The notes under the pieces were generated by a model that was not told the origin of the DNA, ran no database searches, and saw only the letters and a program-made list of their open reading frames with translations. This document shows positions 36,205 to 47,122 of a stretch of DNA of 64,000 nt, piece by piece; position 1 is the stretch's first letter, and every line of letters begins with the position of its first letter. The stretch is from assembly GCA_043228905.1 (NCBI GenBank), contig JBHGNT010000011.1, positions 14,694,001 to 14,758,000 of the forward strand, written 5' to 3'. Both the position numbers and the translations under genes were made by a program. This DNA is from Azolla caroliniana. Its lineage: Eukaryota; Plantae; Polypodiophyta.

Positions 36205-36939
36205 GTGTATTGGCAATGAGAGAGGAGTATATGTTCGCCAATCATTGTTGTTGTCTATCATTTTGATAGTGATCATGGCCACGTATGGTCATTGTTTGTC
36301 ATCACAATTTCCATGCATTTTGTCCATTTGTGTAATGGCATTTTAATAAGATAAATATGTGGTGCATTGAACAAGGTGATTGCTTACTATTTTTAATTTT
36401 AGCTTATATGTTCACAAGTAGCAATAGGATGACATATTCAATGCTAATATAATATAACCATTCAATAGGCTTTTATGTTTATTATTGTTTTGTGATATAT
36501 TTCTTATTAACTATCCTTAATCACAACATAACTTTTTTATTTCAATCTAGAATTAGGAATTGAATTACCTTAAAAAAACAATGAATTATCATATGATGTC
36601 TTTACATTGATATTAATGATGAACAATGAAGTGGTTCTAATCGCCTGATATGTTACAAGAAAATCCAATTAGATCTAATTCAACATCTAAAAGTGCTTCA
36701 CCATTGTCTCTTTAAGTAACAATTTAAGATGGTCAAAGAAGTCCTAAGGAAAAAGGTTTTTTAGTAAAATAAGAGTGAACCAAATAAACCAACATATTTA
36801 TTGTGCGAAATATAAGGTACTTAAGCATTTGCATTGCTAGGATTCTAGAAATAAGGAGGCTATGAAATGTCCTTACCTAGCCTCATTGTTGGAATAATGA
36901 TGATAAGTCCAAACTACTATAACATAACAAGATAAAGAA

Positions 36940-37670
36940 TAGAAATTGGCAATGGTCCAATTTGAACCGAATTGAGAAACCGCAGCTTAACGACTCAATG
37001 GTTTAAATGGTTCGGTTCGATTTAGGTCAAGTTTAGGTTTTTGTAAATGGTTCAGTTTCGGTTTAATTCGACTTGCGAGTTCACCGGTCAAGTTTGGTTT
37101 GAAACTACTATGACATAACAAGATAAAGAATAGCAATCAGCAACGGTTCGATTTGAACCGAATTGAATTGCGAAACTGCAAGTTAACGAACAGTTCAATG
37201 GTTTGGTTTCAGTTCACTTCAATTTGGGGGTTTAACAATTTGGTTTGGTTTGGTTCGAGGTTTTATCAGCTTAATTCTTTCTAGTTTAAACGGTTTGAAA
37301 CCGTGATTTAAATGGTTTGACGTTTTTTTTTTTCCAAAAAAAAATGGTTTGACATTTTAGTATTGAAACTTAATAACTTTCTTAAATATTTTGTTCCAAC
37401 ATTTTAAGCCTAATTTTGATATTTTAAGGAAAATAGTCAAATTTTGGAAAATTAAAATTTGAAATATTGAATTTTGATTTAACTTGAAAACCAAAATCAA
37501 ATCATGAAACCGTTGTTTTACAAGTTTAAAAATCCCTATAACCATTTGGTTTAAGCTTGATTTTTTTTTTTAACGTTTCAATTTAAATGGTTTTGTGGTT
37601 CAATTTAAGTTTCAATCTTTTTAAATGGTTTGAGGTTGACACACTTGAACCAAATCGCTACCAATTGTTA
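36940..37670. mobile_element. hAT-like MITE with duplicated left end
   Basis: Degenerate TIR TAG(A/C)AATTGGCAA at 36940 and 37131 versus CCAATTGTTA ending 37670; 8-bp TSD ATAAAGAA/ATAAAGGA; GGTTC/AACCG subterminal repeats. Confidence 0.7.
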
Positions 37671-38086
37671 ATAAAGGAAGCTTTATATAAATGCACCCAA
37701 TCTTTACGAAGAGCGTAGAAAATAGAAACAGAGCATAGTTTAATAAATGATTGAAGGCTTTCAATAGGAGAGGAGGAAAGGGAAGTAAAAGATCATTAAA
37801 TAGTAGATATCATTGCAAGTAGTGGATATGATAGTTCATTGAATGAGATTTTCAAGTTATTGCTTTGCATTAAATTAAATGAGAAAAACAAGGAGTAATC
37901 AATAACTATCATTGTGAATAGATTGATATGATGTTAGTAAATGGACTAAAAGGGCAAAAACTTATGTAGGGCAAATAAAATACAATAAATTATGTTGAGT
38001 AATTTGTGAGAAGGAGCATATCATTTAGTCATAAAAGGAGGAAACTTAACAAATTTAGGAATGAAAATCATAACAAATATATTATA

Positions 38087-38399
38087 GGGAAAAGTACAAG
38101 GATGCCCTTGGAAGTTTGTTTATTTACCAAAATGCCCCTGGAAATTCTAAATTTACCAAACTACCCTTATGTCCAAAAAATTACACTTTATAAAGTAATT
38201 ATATACTCAAATCTACAAGCCCTATTTACCAAAGATAGAAGAAATGGACCCGAACTAGTCTTATTTACTAAAGATTTGAGTGTATAATTACTTTATAAAG
38301 TGTAATTTTTTGGACATAGGGGTAGTTTGGTAAATTTGGAACTTCTAGGGACATTCTGGTAAATAGACGAACTTCTAGGGGTATCCTGGTACTTTTCCC
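38087..38399. mobile_element. Mutator-like (MULE) MITE or foldback element
   Basis: ~125-bp TIRs GGGAAAAGTAC...GTACTTTTCCC; 9-bp TSD TATATTATA/TAAATTGTA (2 mismatches). Confidence 0.85.
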
Positions 38400-39157
38400 T
38401 AAATTGTATGCTTTTAGATAAGGGCAAAAAATCTTAGAACCGTGAAGTTTACAAAAGTGAAAACCTTTGTAAGGATTCTAATCTAGTGAGTGCATGCTCA
38501 AACGGAATCCTCAATACATTTTACAAAACACTTCACAAAAGTTAAACTACTTGTCAATCCAATGCTAGATGCATTTTACAAAACACCTCAATTTGCATTA
38601 AACCATAAACCCTAATATCTCTCATTTTATTTTCTACTAATTAAAAGTTGCACTTATTTATTTTACATGTTTAAGAAACTAATGGATCCGAAAATGAAGG
38701 TGAGGTCAAAACGAGATGAATGTATCAAGTCTCGACCACAATGTTCAAGATCCAACCGGTGCTCAAGCGGAGCATTCAAGAGAGGAGAATGATAATTCAT
38801 CATCAAATAGCAATGAGGACTTATCACATTGGAGGCCCCATCTAAAGTTTTGTTATTAATTTGACAATTACAAATATTTTATTACTTGTATATCTAATAA
38901 ATAATGATACTTATTAATTAATTTTCTTTCCCTAAATTTGGTTGTCTTACCTCACATTATTTTTGTGCATTAAGAAGAATTGAAGCCAATGTAGAAACTA
39001 AATGAAATATTATAAGCTTGCATTTTAAAAATACCCAACCATTTCTAACATTTGTTAATGCAAGGCAATAATGAATCTTTCAATGCATAAAATTAAAATG
39101 AAGCTTTGATAGGAATAAGGCTTTATGTCAAGCTTCATGTCTAAATCCCATGCATGT

Positions 39158-40047
39158 TATATAAGTGGAAGATCTGTTTGTGTTGAACCATTCCGGTTCA
39201 ACACAAGTTTTCAACACCCTTGTCATCTCAGTCTCCAGATAATCCAAATTCTAGTCTTCTTGTTCTGTTATTGACAGTCTTCTTGTTTTGTTATTATCTT
39301 CTTTTCTTCGAAATAGACTTCTTTGAAGCTTCGGTCGTGACCGTTTGAATCAGAAAACACTCATGTTTTTCCCCAGGTATCTAATAGAATCTTCTCATCA
39401 CAATGGAGACCGTTAGTAAACAAGAGTATATGTCTATTCTAGTCTTTTTGTTCTATTATTATCTTCTTTTCTTTGAAATAGACATCTTCTTTGAAGCTTC
39501 GGTCTTGATAGTTTGACTCAAAAAACACTCTTTTTTTTCCTCAGGTATTTAGCCAAATCTTCTCATCACAATGGAAACCGTTAGTAATCAAGAGTATATG
39601 GGTATTCTATCATAGCTTGACCTCGTAACGACAAAATGTTTCTCATTGGAACAAGATAATCAGAAGCTTCTTGGCGACTTGCGAGAAGTGAGGAATAACA
39701 ACATGAGGAACTCCCTAAACTTGTAAAACAACTTGAAGCGGTTGAGTTTTCTCATCAACAACAACCTTCAACCTCTCAAAGCTTGTTGAAGGAACCCACT
39801 TGAAGCAGTTGTGTTATCTCTTCGATAACAAGGTTTAGCCTCTCAAAGCTTGTTGAAGGAACCACAATTAGTTTGCTAATAAAGTTGGATGGTACAAGGT
39901 CACAATTTTGATGATTCTTAAATCAAGTGCGCCTTGTAATTCATTTGCATCCCAACCAATATCCAACTAACGCAACTCGAGCAGAGGTTAGTTGGAACAT
40001 TATTGACAGGAACCGCATTAGCATGGTTTGCACCTTTTTTAGAGATT
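39158..40047 (+). mobile_element. Old Tcn1-like remnant (partial LTR, leader, gag start) with internal tandem duplications
   Basis: ATGGA(G/A)ACCGTTAGTAA.CAAGAGTATATG at 39403 and 39571, homologous to the gag start at 10501; LHPNQYPT..LTGTALAWFAP. Confidence 0.8.
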
Positions 40048-42320
40048 TGTCACTGGCGGTTAGATGGGGCTAAACACTAAGAGAGGGCGAGAGCATAAGC
40101 AAGAGAACAAGAAAGGGAGAGAGAGAGAATAGACATGATAACAAGAACTGATATTATGCTTCTGTAACTGGTGTTGTTCACCTTGATTGTAATCAAGGTG
40201 CACCCGAGTATTTATACAAGAATGTGGAGGTATGCATGTAAGCTAAGAAACTTCTAGAGAGTGCATGAAGATGCATTCTCTAGAAGTTTCTTGAAAGTTC
40301 TAGTGATTAACCTACATTGTAATAAGTTGAATCTTATACAATACAGTAATGCATAGATGGATGTAGCTCAACTGGTAAGGTTGTCCAATAAGACCAGGAA
40401 GTCATGTCAAGTTCAACCCCCTACATTCCATGTGTCATCCTGTCTATGACATTATCCTCCCTCTAAGGCTGCCTCTTAGGACCCCTGGTTGGTTTCTGTG
40501 GATATTGTTCATGAAATGCCTGAACTACATCCAAGGCATGCTTGAGATGTTATGTCGGCTCCCATCTGAGCGAAGACGGTCAACTTGCTCCTTGTACTAC
40601 CGTTCTCCAGCAAGGGTGAGCTCCAAGGAAAGGTCACGATGTACATCCTCCAAGAGACGTGCCCAATCCTCTGCAGAAGGATTGACAGAGTTAGAGGGAA
40701 GAGAAATGTTGAAGTGGGGGTGGAGACCGTAGTTTGCAAAAAATGGAGTAACTCCCGTAGATGCATGCAGAGAGTTGTTGTAGTCGAACTCGGCAAGTGG
40801 GAGAAAGTGAACCCAATCGTATTGTCAATAGCTAAGAGAGCACCTCAAGTACTGTTCCAGGATTTGGTTAACCTATCCATCGATTTGCGGATCATAGGCT
40901 GAAGACAGATTCACAGTACAACCAAAGGTTTGCAGAAGGCGCCCCCAAAAATTGGAAACAAATTGTGGTCCTTGATCAAAAGTGATATCATCCAGGAGTC
41001 CATGTAGTCGAACAACATTTTTGAAAAACAAATCAGTCGTCTCCTCTCCGGTAATGGTTTTGGCACATGGAGCAAAATGGGTCATCTTGGTGAAGCGGTC
41101 GACCATGACGAACACCGAGTTGTAGTCACCAACAAAGGGAAGGTCAGTGATGAAATCCATGGAAAGAGAGGCCCAAAGCCGTTTGGGGATTGGGAGAGGT
41201 TGAAGGAAACCATATGGTCGATGATGAGATGCTTTGGAGCAAGCACAAGCGTCGCATGACTTAACGAACTATTTTACCAATTTCCCAGTTGTGGCCACCA
41301 GTACCCGCGAGATATCAACTCTAAGGTTTTCGCAACGCGAAAATGACTAGCAAGTGGATCATCGTGACACTCTTGGAGCATCCTAGTCTGACACAGACCT
41401 TCTGGAACATACAAAAGATTATCTCGAAACAAAAGGTTATCCTAAATTGTAAAACGAGCTAAATCGGGCCTTTTAGGTCCATGGGAGGGGTTTTGATACT
41501 TGCCTTAACCTCTGTGGCGAACTTGTCAGTCGTAGTGGCTTCTACTATTTGCTTGAGCAAAGAGTCATCCCGAAGCAAACAAGCCGCGAAGTTGTAGAAT
41601 TGGTTCGGCTTTAACAAACTCTAGGACTGCTGACATAGGCTTCATCCTCCGGAGTGAGCTCAAACTCAAATCTATGGTATAAGACATCGGTCGTCGTGTA
41701 TTGAGCACCAGGTCGAAAGATTATCTCAAAATCATAGTCTGCCAAGAAGGTTGACCATCGCACCTGTCTACAATTTAAAGTTCATGTGGTAGAAAAGTGT
41801 ATTAGGTTTTTGTGATCGGTAACCACTTGGATACGATGTTGTGCCCCGTCCAAATAGGGTCTCCATTCTTCCAAAGCAGCAATAATAGCGAGAAGCTCCT
41901 TATCATATAGGGGTAGTTGATTTCCAGGGCCGTGAATTTGTGTGAGTAGTAAGCCACCATGTGAAGCACGCCGACCTCATCTGGCTAGGAGAGGATCACC
42001 CCAATGGCCAAATCGGAAGCATCCGTTTCGACTTGGAAAGGCTTAGTGGGGTCAGGATGTAAAAGGACTAGTGTCGTAGTAAAAGCTTGTTTCAGCAAGT
42101 CGAACGCCTTTTGTGCAGTTGTTGTCCATTCGAAAGTAGCATCCTTGCGGCTAAGAGCAATGAGAGGTTGTGCAATCACTAAAAATCCTTTGATGAAACG
42201 ACGATAAAAATTGGCAAAACCAAGAAATGATTGCACATCTCATACTCGAGTTGCGACAACCCACTCATGGATAGTCTTGACTCTCCGTGTGTCCATTGTG
42301 ATTCCCTATGTCGAGATGAC
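40048..42320 (-). mobile_element. Tcn1-like chromovirus, 3' half (RT end-RH-INT-chromodomain tail-3' LTR)
   Basis: LTR 40048-40451 (TGTCA...TGACA); PPT AGAGGGAGGATAA; [35 protein letters not shown]; chromodomain end WEP..HL..A..VQAFHEQYPQKP near 40490-40565. Confidence 0.9.
40359..40430 (+). promoter_or_regulatory. tRNA-like Pol III module antisense in LTR U3 (best-preserved copy)
   Basis: GGATGTAGCTCAACTGGTAAG...GTTCAACCCCCTACATTCCA: 72 nt, A box TAGCTCAACTGG, B box GTTCAACCC, ends GGATGTAG/CTACATTC pair, CCA; no proper anticodon arm. Confidence 0.75.
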
Positions 42321-44041
42321 TGTTGGAAAAATAGGTCCCTCTGGATGGGATCTGGATGAGGCAGATCAGATGAGCCGAAGGAAGGAACCAGACCGGATGG
42401 GTTCGGAAGGTATCCAGATACCATATCGGATGGATCCGGAGGAGTCCTACCGGATCCGGCATGAACCAACAAGTAGGAACATATTTGTAAATATTTTCAG
42501 ACGTGACCTTTGAGGTCATATTTGTAAATAGCCCGTAAGTTATATGAGTATAAATATAACTAGGGAAAATAGTGTTTTATGTGTGGTTGTGATTATTATT
42601 GTTGTACAAAGAGAGAGTGAGAGAGTGAGAGAGAAACAGGAAATATTTTCTGTTGTAACCGCTAGTTCGTGAAGATATAGAGCTCGAGGTCGTTGCCTCT
42701 GAGTCTCGCATTGTATCCCTCCTTTCATAGTGATAGTTGGAGTCTATGGGCTCCCATGGTTTTACACGTTAACATCTAGTGTTGTCTCATTCTGTATAAG
42801 TGCATTAATCTTCATTTCCGTATTTTTTCTTCTATAGAGTGTTTAAGACTCGATTGTGGCCGAGCTCTATTCCTCACAATCTAGTATCAGAGCATGGAAG
42901 ATCCATTTGGCGGCATGGTCAAGCTCACCGACTCCAACTACCCAGTGTGGAAGTCAAAGATGAGGGACATGTTGGTGGTCAAAGATATCTGGTTGCTGGC
43001 AATTCGGAGACAAAAGGCAAAATCGATGTCGTGAACTGGGAGGTGATGCACATGAAGACGACGACATACATTTGATGCTTCATCGACATGAGCCTGTACA
43101 ACAACTTCAATGAAGAAAGTAAGGCCCATGTGCTCTAGGAGAAAATCGGCACCATGTTGGAGAGCAAGAACATCGTAAATCGGGTTTCGGTATTCTGGAA
43201 GTTAGTGAGACTCTAATACCAAGACGGATCCAGCATGACAGAGCACATGAATGCATTCCAGGGGCTGATAAACCAAACGACCTCGTTGGAAGTACCTCTA
43301 ACTGACGAGGTACTCGCGTTCTTGTTGCTCGACTCCCTCCCGGATAGTTGGGAGATGCTAGTTGTCACTTTGGGCAATGTCGGGCCGGAAGGAAAACACC
43401 TATCCCTAGCAAGGGCAAAATCCAGCTTGCTGGATAAACAAGCTCTCTGGAAGGACCGGGTGTCCGGAACCGATCCGAAGGCCTTGGTTACGGAAGATGA
43501 CCATAACCAAGGAAGAGGCCGGAATCAGAGTCCCCAGAACAGGGACAAATTGGGGACGAGGTCGAAGTCTGTTATTCTCTTAGCCGGACAAGGCCTAACA
43601 CAAGGTGTCACGGAGACACTTCACCAAAGGGTGATTACGGCATAGGATTAAGATTCAACGATTACACCGACTTACGTAGGTTACACGATTAGATTGCTTT
43701 GGTTAATTACACGCGTAAGATATAACAGTAATTACAGAACGGAAATCAAGACAGAAGTATAAACATCAGAATCTCTATTAATTATCCGCTGTCATTACAA
43801 TGGGGTCCGGGCCTTTAAATAGGTTTCCGGCCCGTAGTACAAAACGGTGCCTCTCGCACCTATTCGGGATCCGTCCGGATCTGGAACGGCATACCGTTTC
43901 CAGTCCGTCCGTCCACACTATGCTCATTTACAACCATATCTAATTAATTCCTTCACTCCGTATTTTGGACTCCTTGCCGGCCGGTAACACATGGCACGCC
44001 TGTGGGACAGTACCTTGTACGTCGAACCCTTCTCGGCCCCT

Positions 44042-46741
44042 TCATTGTTCACCCAAATTGTCCAAATTACTTTGTTCAAGAATTTCCGCTTGTTCTTCCG
44101 GTTGTGTTTGTTGCGGCTGTGCTTGCTGCTGCTGCTGTGGTTGCGGTTGGGACTGAGGTTGCTCCGGCTGCTCTGCTTGCTGCTGCTGCTCCGTTTGTTT
44201 CGCTGACTCCGGCTGCTCCGTTTGTCTCTCTGACTCCGGCATCTCCGTTTGACTGCTTCCGGTCCGGTCTCCTTCCAGTAACGGTTCCTCATCACTGAGG
44301 TTGACCGTAACTGGTTCTCGTTCTTTCTCTCCCCGGATCCGGGACCTCTCGTAGCTTTCAAACTGGATCTGCGCCTCCAGCCTGTCGTCGTCCAGCTGAG
44401 CTACAAGTTGCCGGACTTGCTCTAATTGGTCTTCTGCCAAGGCTTGAAAGTCTTCGGCCAGCTCATCTCTTATGCCGGTGAAGTCTTCGGAAGTCAGCAT
44501 ATAGCAATCATCTCCCTCCTTCCGCCGGTTCTCTACGTCAGCCCGGAGCAATTGGAGTTCCGCCGCGTTCGTGGCCCACTTGGTCCACCATTTAACGGAA
44601 CCGTTGTCAATCAAGCTCTTGGTCTGGTTCAACCAGGCCCGCATTATATCTTGGATGCGACTTGCTCCCATTTGAGCTCTGCTTTCCACCACTTGTCGCT
44701 CCTCCTTCAACTGCTTGATGAGGTTTGCCGTATCCTCCGCCTGCTCTCTGTAGCGCGTCAGCTGCCCTTGATATGTCGTTTGCAGCCTCTGCAGTACCTC
44801 CGCCGCTCTTTCTTTTTCCGCCTGCTGTTGCCTGAGGAGCTCTGTTCGAACCTTCTCCGCCTCTTCCAACCGTCTTCTGTTTTCCGCTTGTTCCTTGGCG
44901 AATGCGGTTGCGGTCCGATCAACAGCTTGCCGGAGCTCATCCGTCCGTTCCTTGTGCTCCGTTTGCAACCGTTTATACTCCCGGTGCAATTGCTCAAATT
45001 CCTCCGTTTTTTGTTTGAGCTTGCCGTTGAGCTGGCGATTGTTCCGGTCCTCCCGGTCATTTACCTGCCGGAGTTCCTCTTTCAGGCGCTCTACTTCTGT
45101 TTCGGCGTTCCTTCAGAGCTTGTCCTTCTCTTGCAGCATTTTCTCCTTTTCCTCCTTGAGCCGGTCGTACGCTTGGTGGCCTTTCCGTAAGCTCTCCTCG
45201 GCCCGGCGTAGATTCTCAGCAGTCTTTTGGAGTTCTGCCTCCGCCGCCGTCTTCAATTCTCTTTCGCGGCTCCTCAGCGCTTCTTGGGCAGCAAGCTCAT
45301 CCTTTAAATCCGCAAGCTCTTGGGCTTGTGCCGCATTTCTCTCCGGAACGGTTTCCGTTGCCGGGGTCTGATTGCTATGTACAGGTTGATCTGCCGCTTT
45401 ATTCTGTACATTGCCCGGAGTCACCGGTGCTTGGACTTGTGTTGTCAAAGCCACTTGCGCCATTTCCCTTGTGACCCTGTCCAAGTCTTGTTCAAGGCTC
45501 CGGATTCTGGACCGGGCCGTCTCTAGATCTACGGTTGTGACGAGCAACCGTTCCTGGTGCGCTCTCTCTTCCGCCTCTATATACTCGACCACTCCGGCGA
45601 TTTGCTCGCCTACCCACCGTAGCCACATGCTACTGGTGCCTTGTTGCTGTACTGGTCGGGTCGGCTCATTCCCTGTGGAATTGTCTGGCCTGAGTGCCTG
45701 CATATGCCGTTCTGGTTCTACTCCTTGGCCGCCGTGTGCTCTGGCTGGGCTCGCCGGCTGTTGAGTTCCGGTTCTCGCCGTTTCCGGAGCCGTTGGACTG
45801 ACTTCTTCTATAGAAGTCGACAAGACCGGTTCCCTACGCACCGGTTCCGGTTCTTCCCTTGTGGTTTGCTCAGGTTGAGTTGGGGGCGTTTCTGCCTCTC
45901 GCGGGTACGACCGCTCCCCTCCTGTCTCGGCGGTCCTACTTCTTGACCGTCGTTGGAGGTGCTCTTCCGGCTCCTCCGTTTCCTCTTCCTGTGTCACGGC
46001 ATGTTTCTGTGCCGTCAAGGGTTCCGGTTCCTTCTGTCCCGGTCTCCGTAAGGTTATCTTGACGGGTCGGACCGGTGACACCTCCTCCGGTTCTGGGACC
46101 CGTTTCTTCCCTTTCGTCGCCCTCGACGCCAGCAGCTGCTGTCGTTTGGACGCCGGCTTCGAGGTGCTTCCTTCCGATACTCTTGGCCGCTTCTTTGGCT
46201 GGACGGTCTCGACCGGCGGCACGAGCAATGTTATCCATTGAGCTACGGCGTGCCACAGCTTCCGGCCCTCCTTGCCGTCCTTCCCTCGTACCATGTCGAT
46301 TGCCATGCACAACCCGTCTGCAATCAACACCGGCCAGTCCACCTTGACCCCTTCATAGGTGGCTATGATCATCCCTGCCCGATTTTTTGGCATGACAGGG
46401 GGTCGGGGGTACACGTGACCGTACTCATGGAGCACTCGAGCTATCTCCCTGAATAGCGGATCTTCGCCGCCCTGCGTCCGATAGCCTTTGCCGGCAACAG
46501 AGTACTCACCGAAATATCGGGTGAGTTGCTCCGAGGTTGGGTTATCGATCTGAAAGATTCCTCCCTCCGGAAGGCCTGTTAGCGCGCGGATCGCTTCCTC
46601 GGTGATGACCTCTGTGGCGAGCTCCTTGATGACCCGGTCTGCTTCTCTGTGCGGCGGTGCCTCCATGATGGCCAAGAACCCCTCCAGTCCGTTTTGCCTG
46701 AACCATTTCCTGGCCGCTTCCGACAACGTTTGTGGTTCCAT
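44042..46741 (-). CDS. Extra ORF 3' of pol (~899 codons, one in-frame TGA at 45113-45115): globular N-terminus, disordered linker, long coiled coil, Q-rich tail
   Basis: ORFs 45113-47041 and 44042-44989 are in one frame (41 codons apart); likely start ATG 46741 behind a pyrimidine tract and AG. Confidence 0.75.
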
Positions 46742-47122
46742 GTCTGCTTCAAGGTCGAGGGAAGATGGCGAGGTAGAGTGGTGATGAGAGTGAGAGCGAG
46801 AGAGAGAGCGTTCTGAGCGCGGGGGTTCTCTGCGTGCAGGTTCGCGTTTGCTCAGCTTCCACTGTCTTGGTGCTTCTGTGCTTCTTGGCTCGCGAAATGA
46901 AAAGGTCTCCATGCGTTCTGCTTCTTCTTTGTGCGTTTTGGCGCCTTTTTCGAGCATGCACACGTCGTGTACCAATTTAGTATTAAGTAGCGTGGCGTCT
47001 CTTAAATGCCCACTACGTACCTTTTCGCGCCTCGCTTTCACACCCGTTCATACCTCGATTTTTAATGATTTTTTTTATTTTTTTTATTTTTTTTTAAAAA
47101 TATTTAATGACGGTGTGTGACC

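Noticed and set aside
40359-40430. A functional tRNA gene
   Set aside because: No anticodon stem-loop or proper T stem; reported as tRNA-like only.
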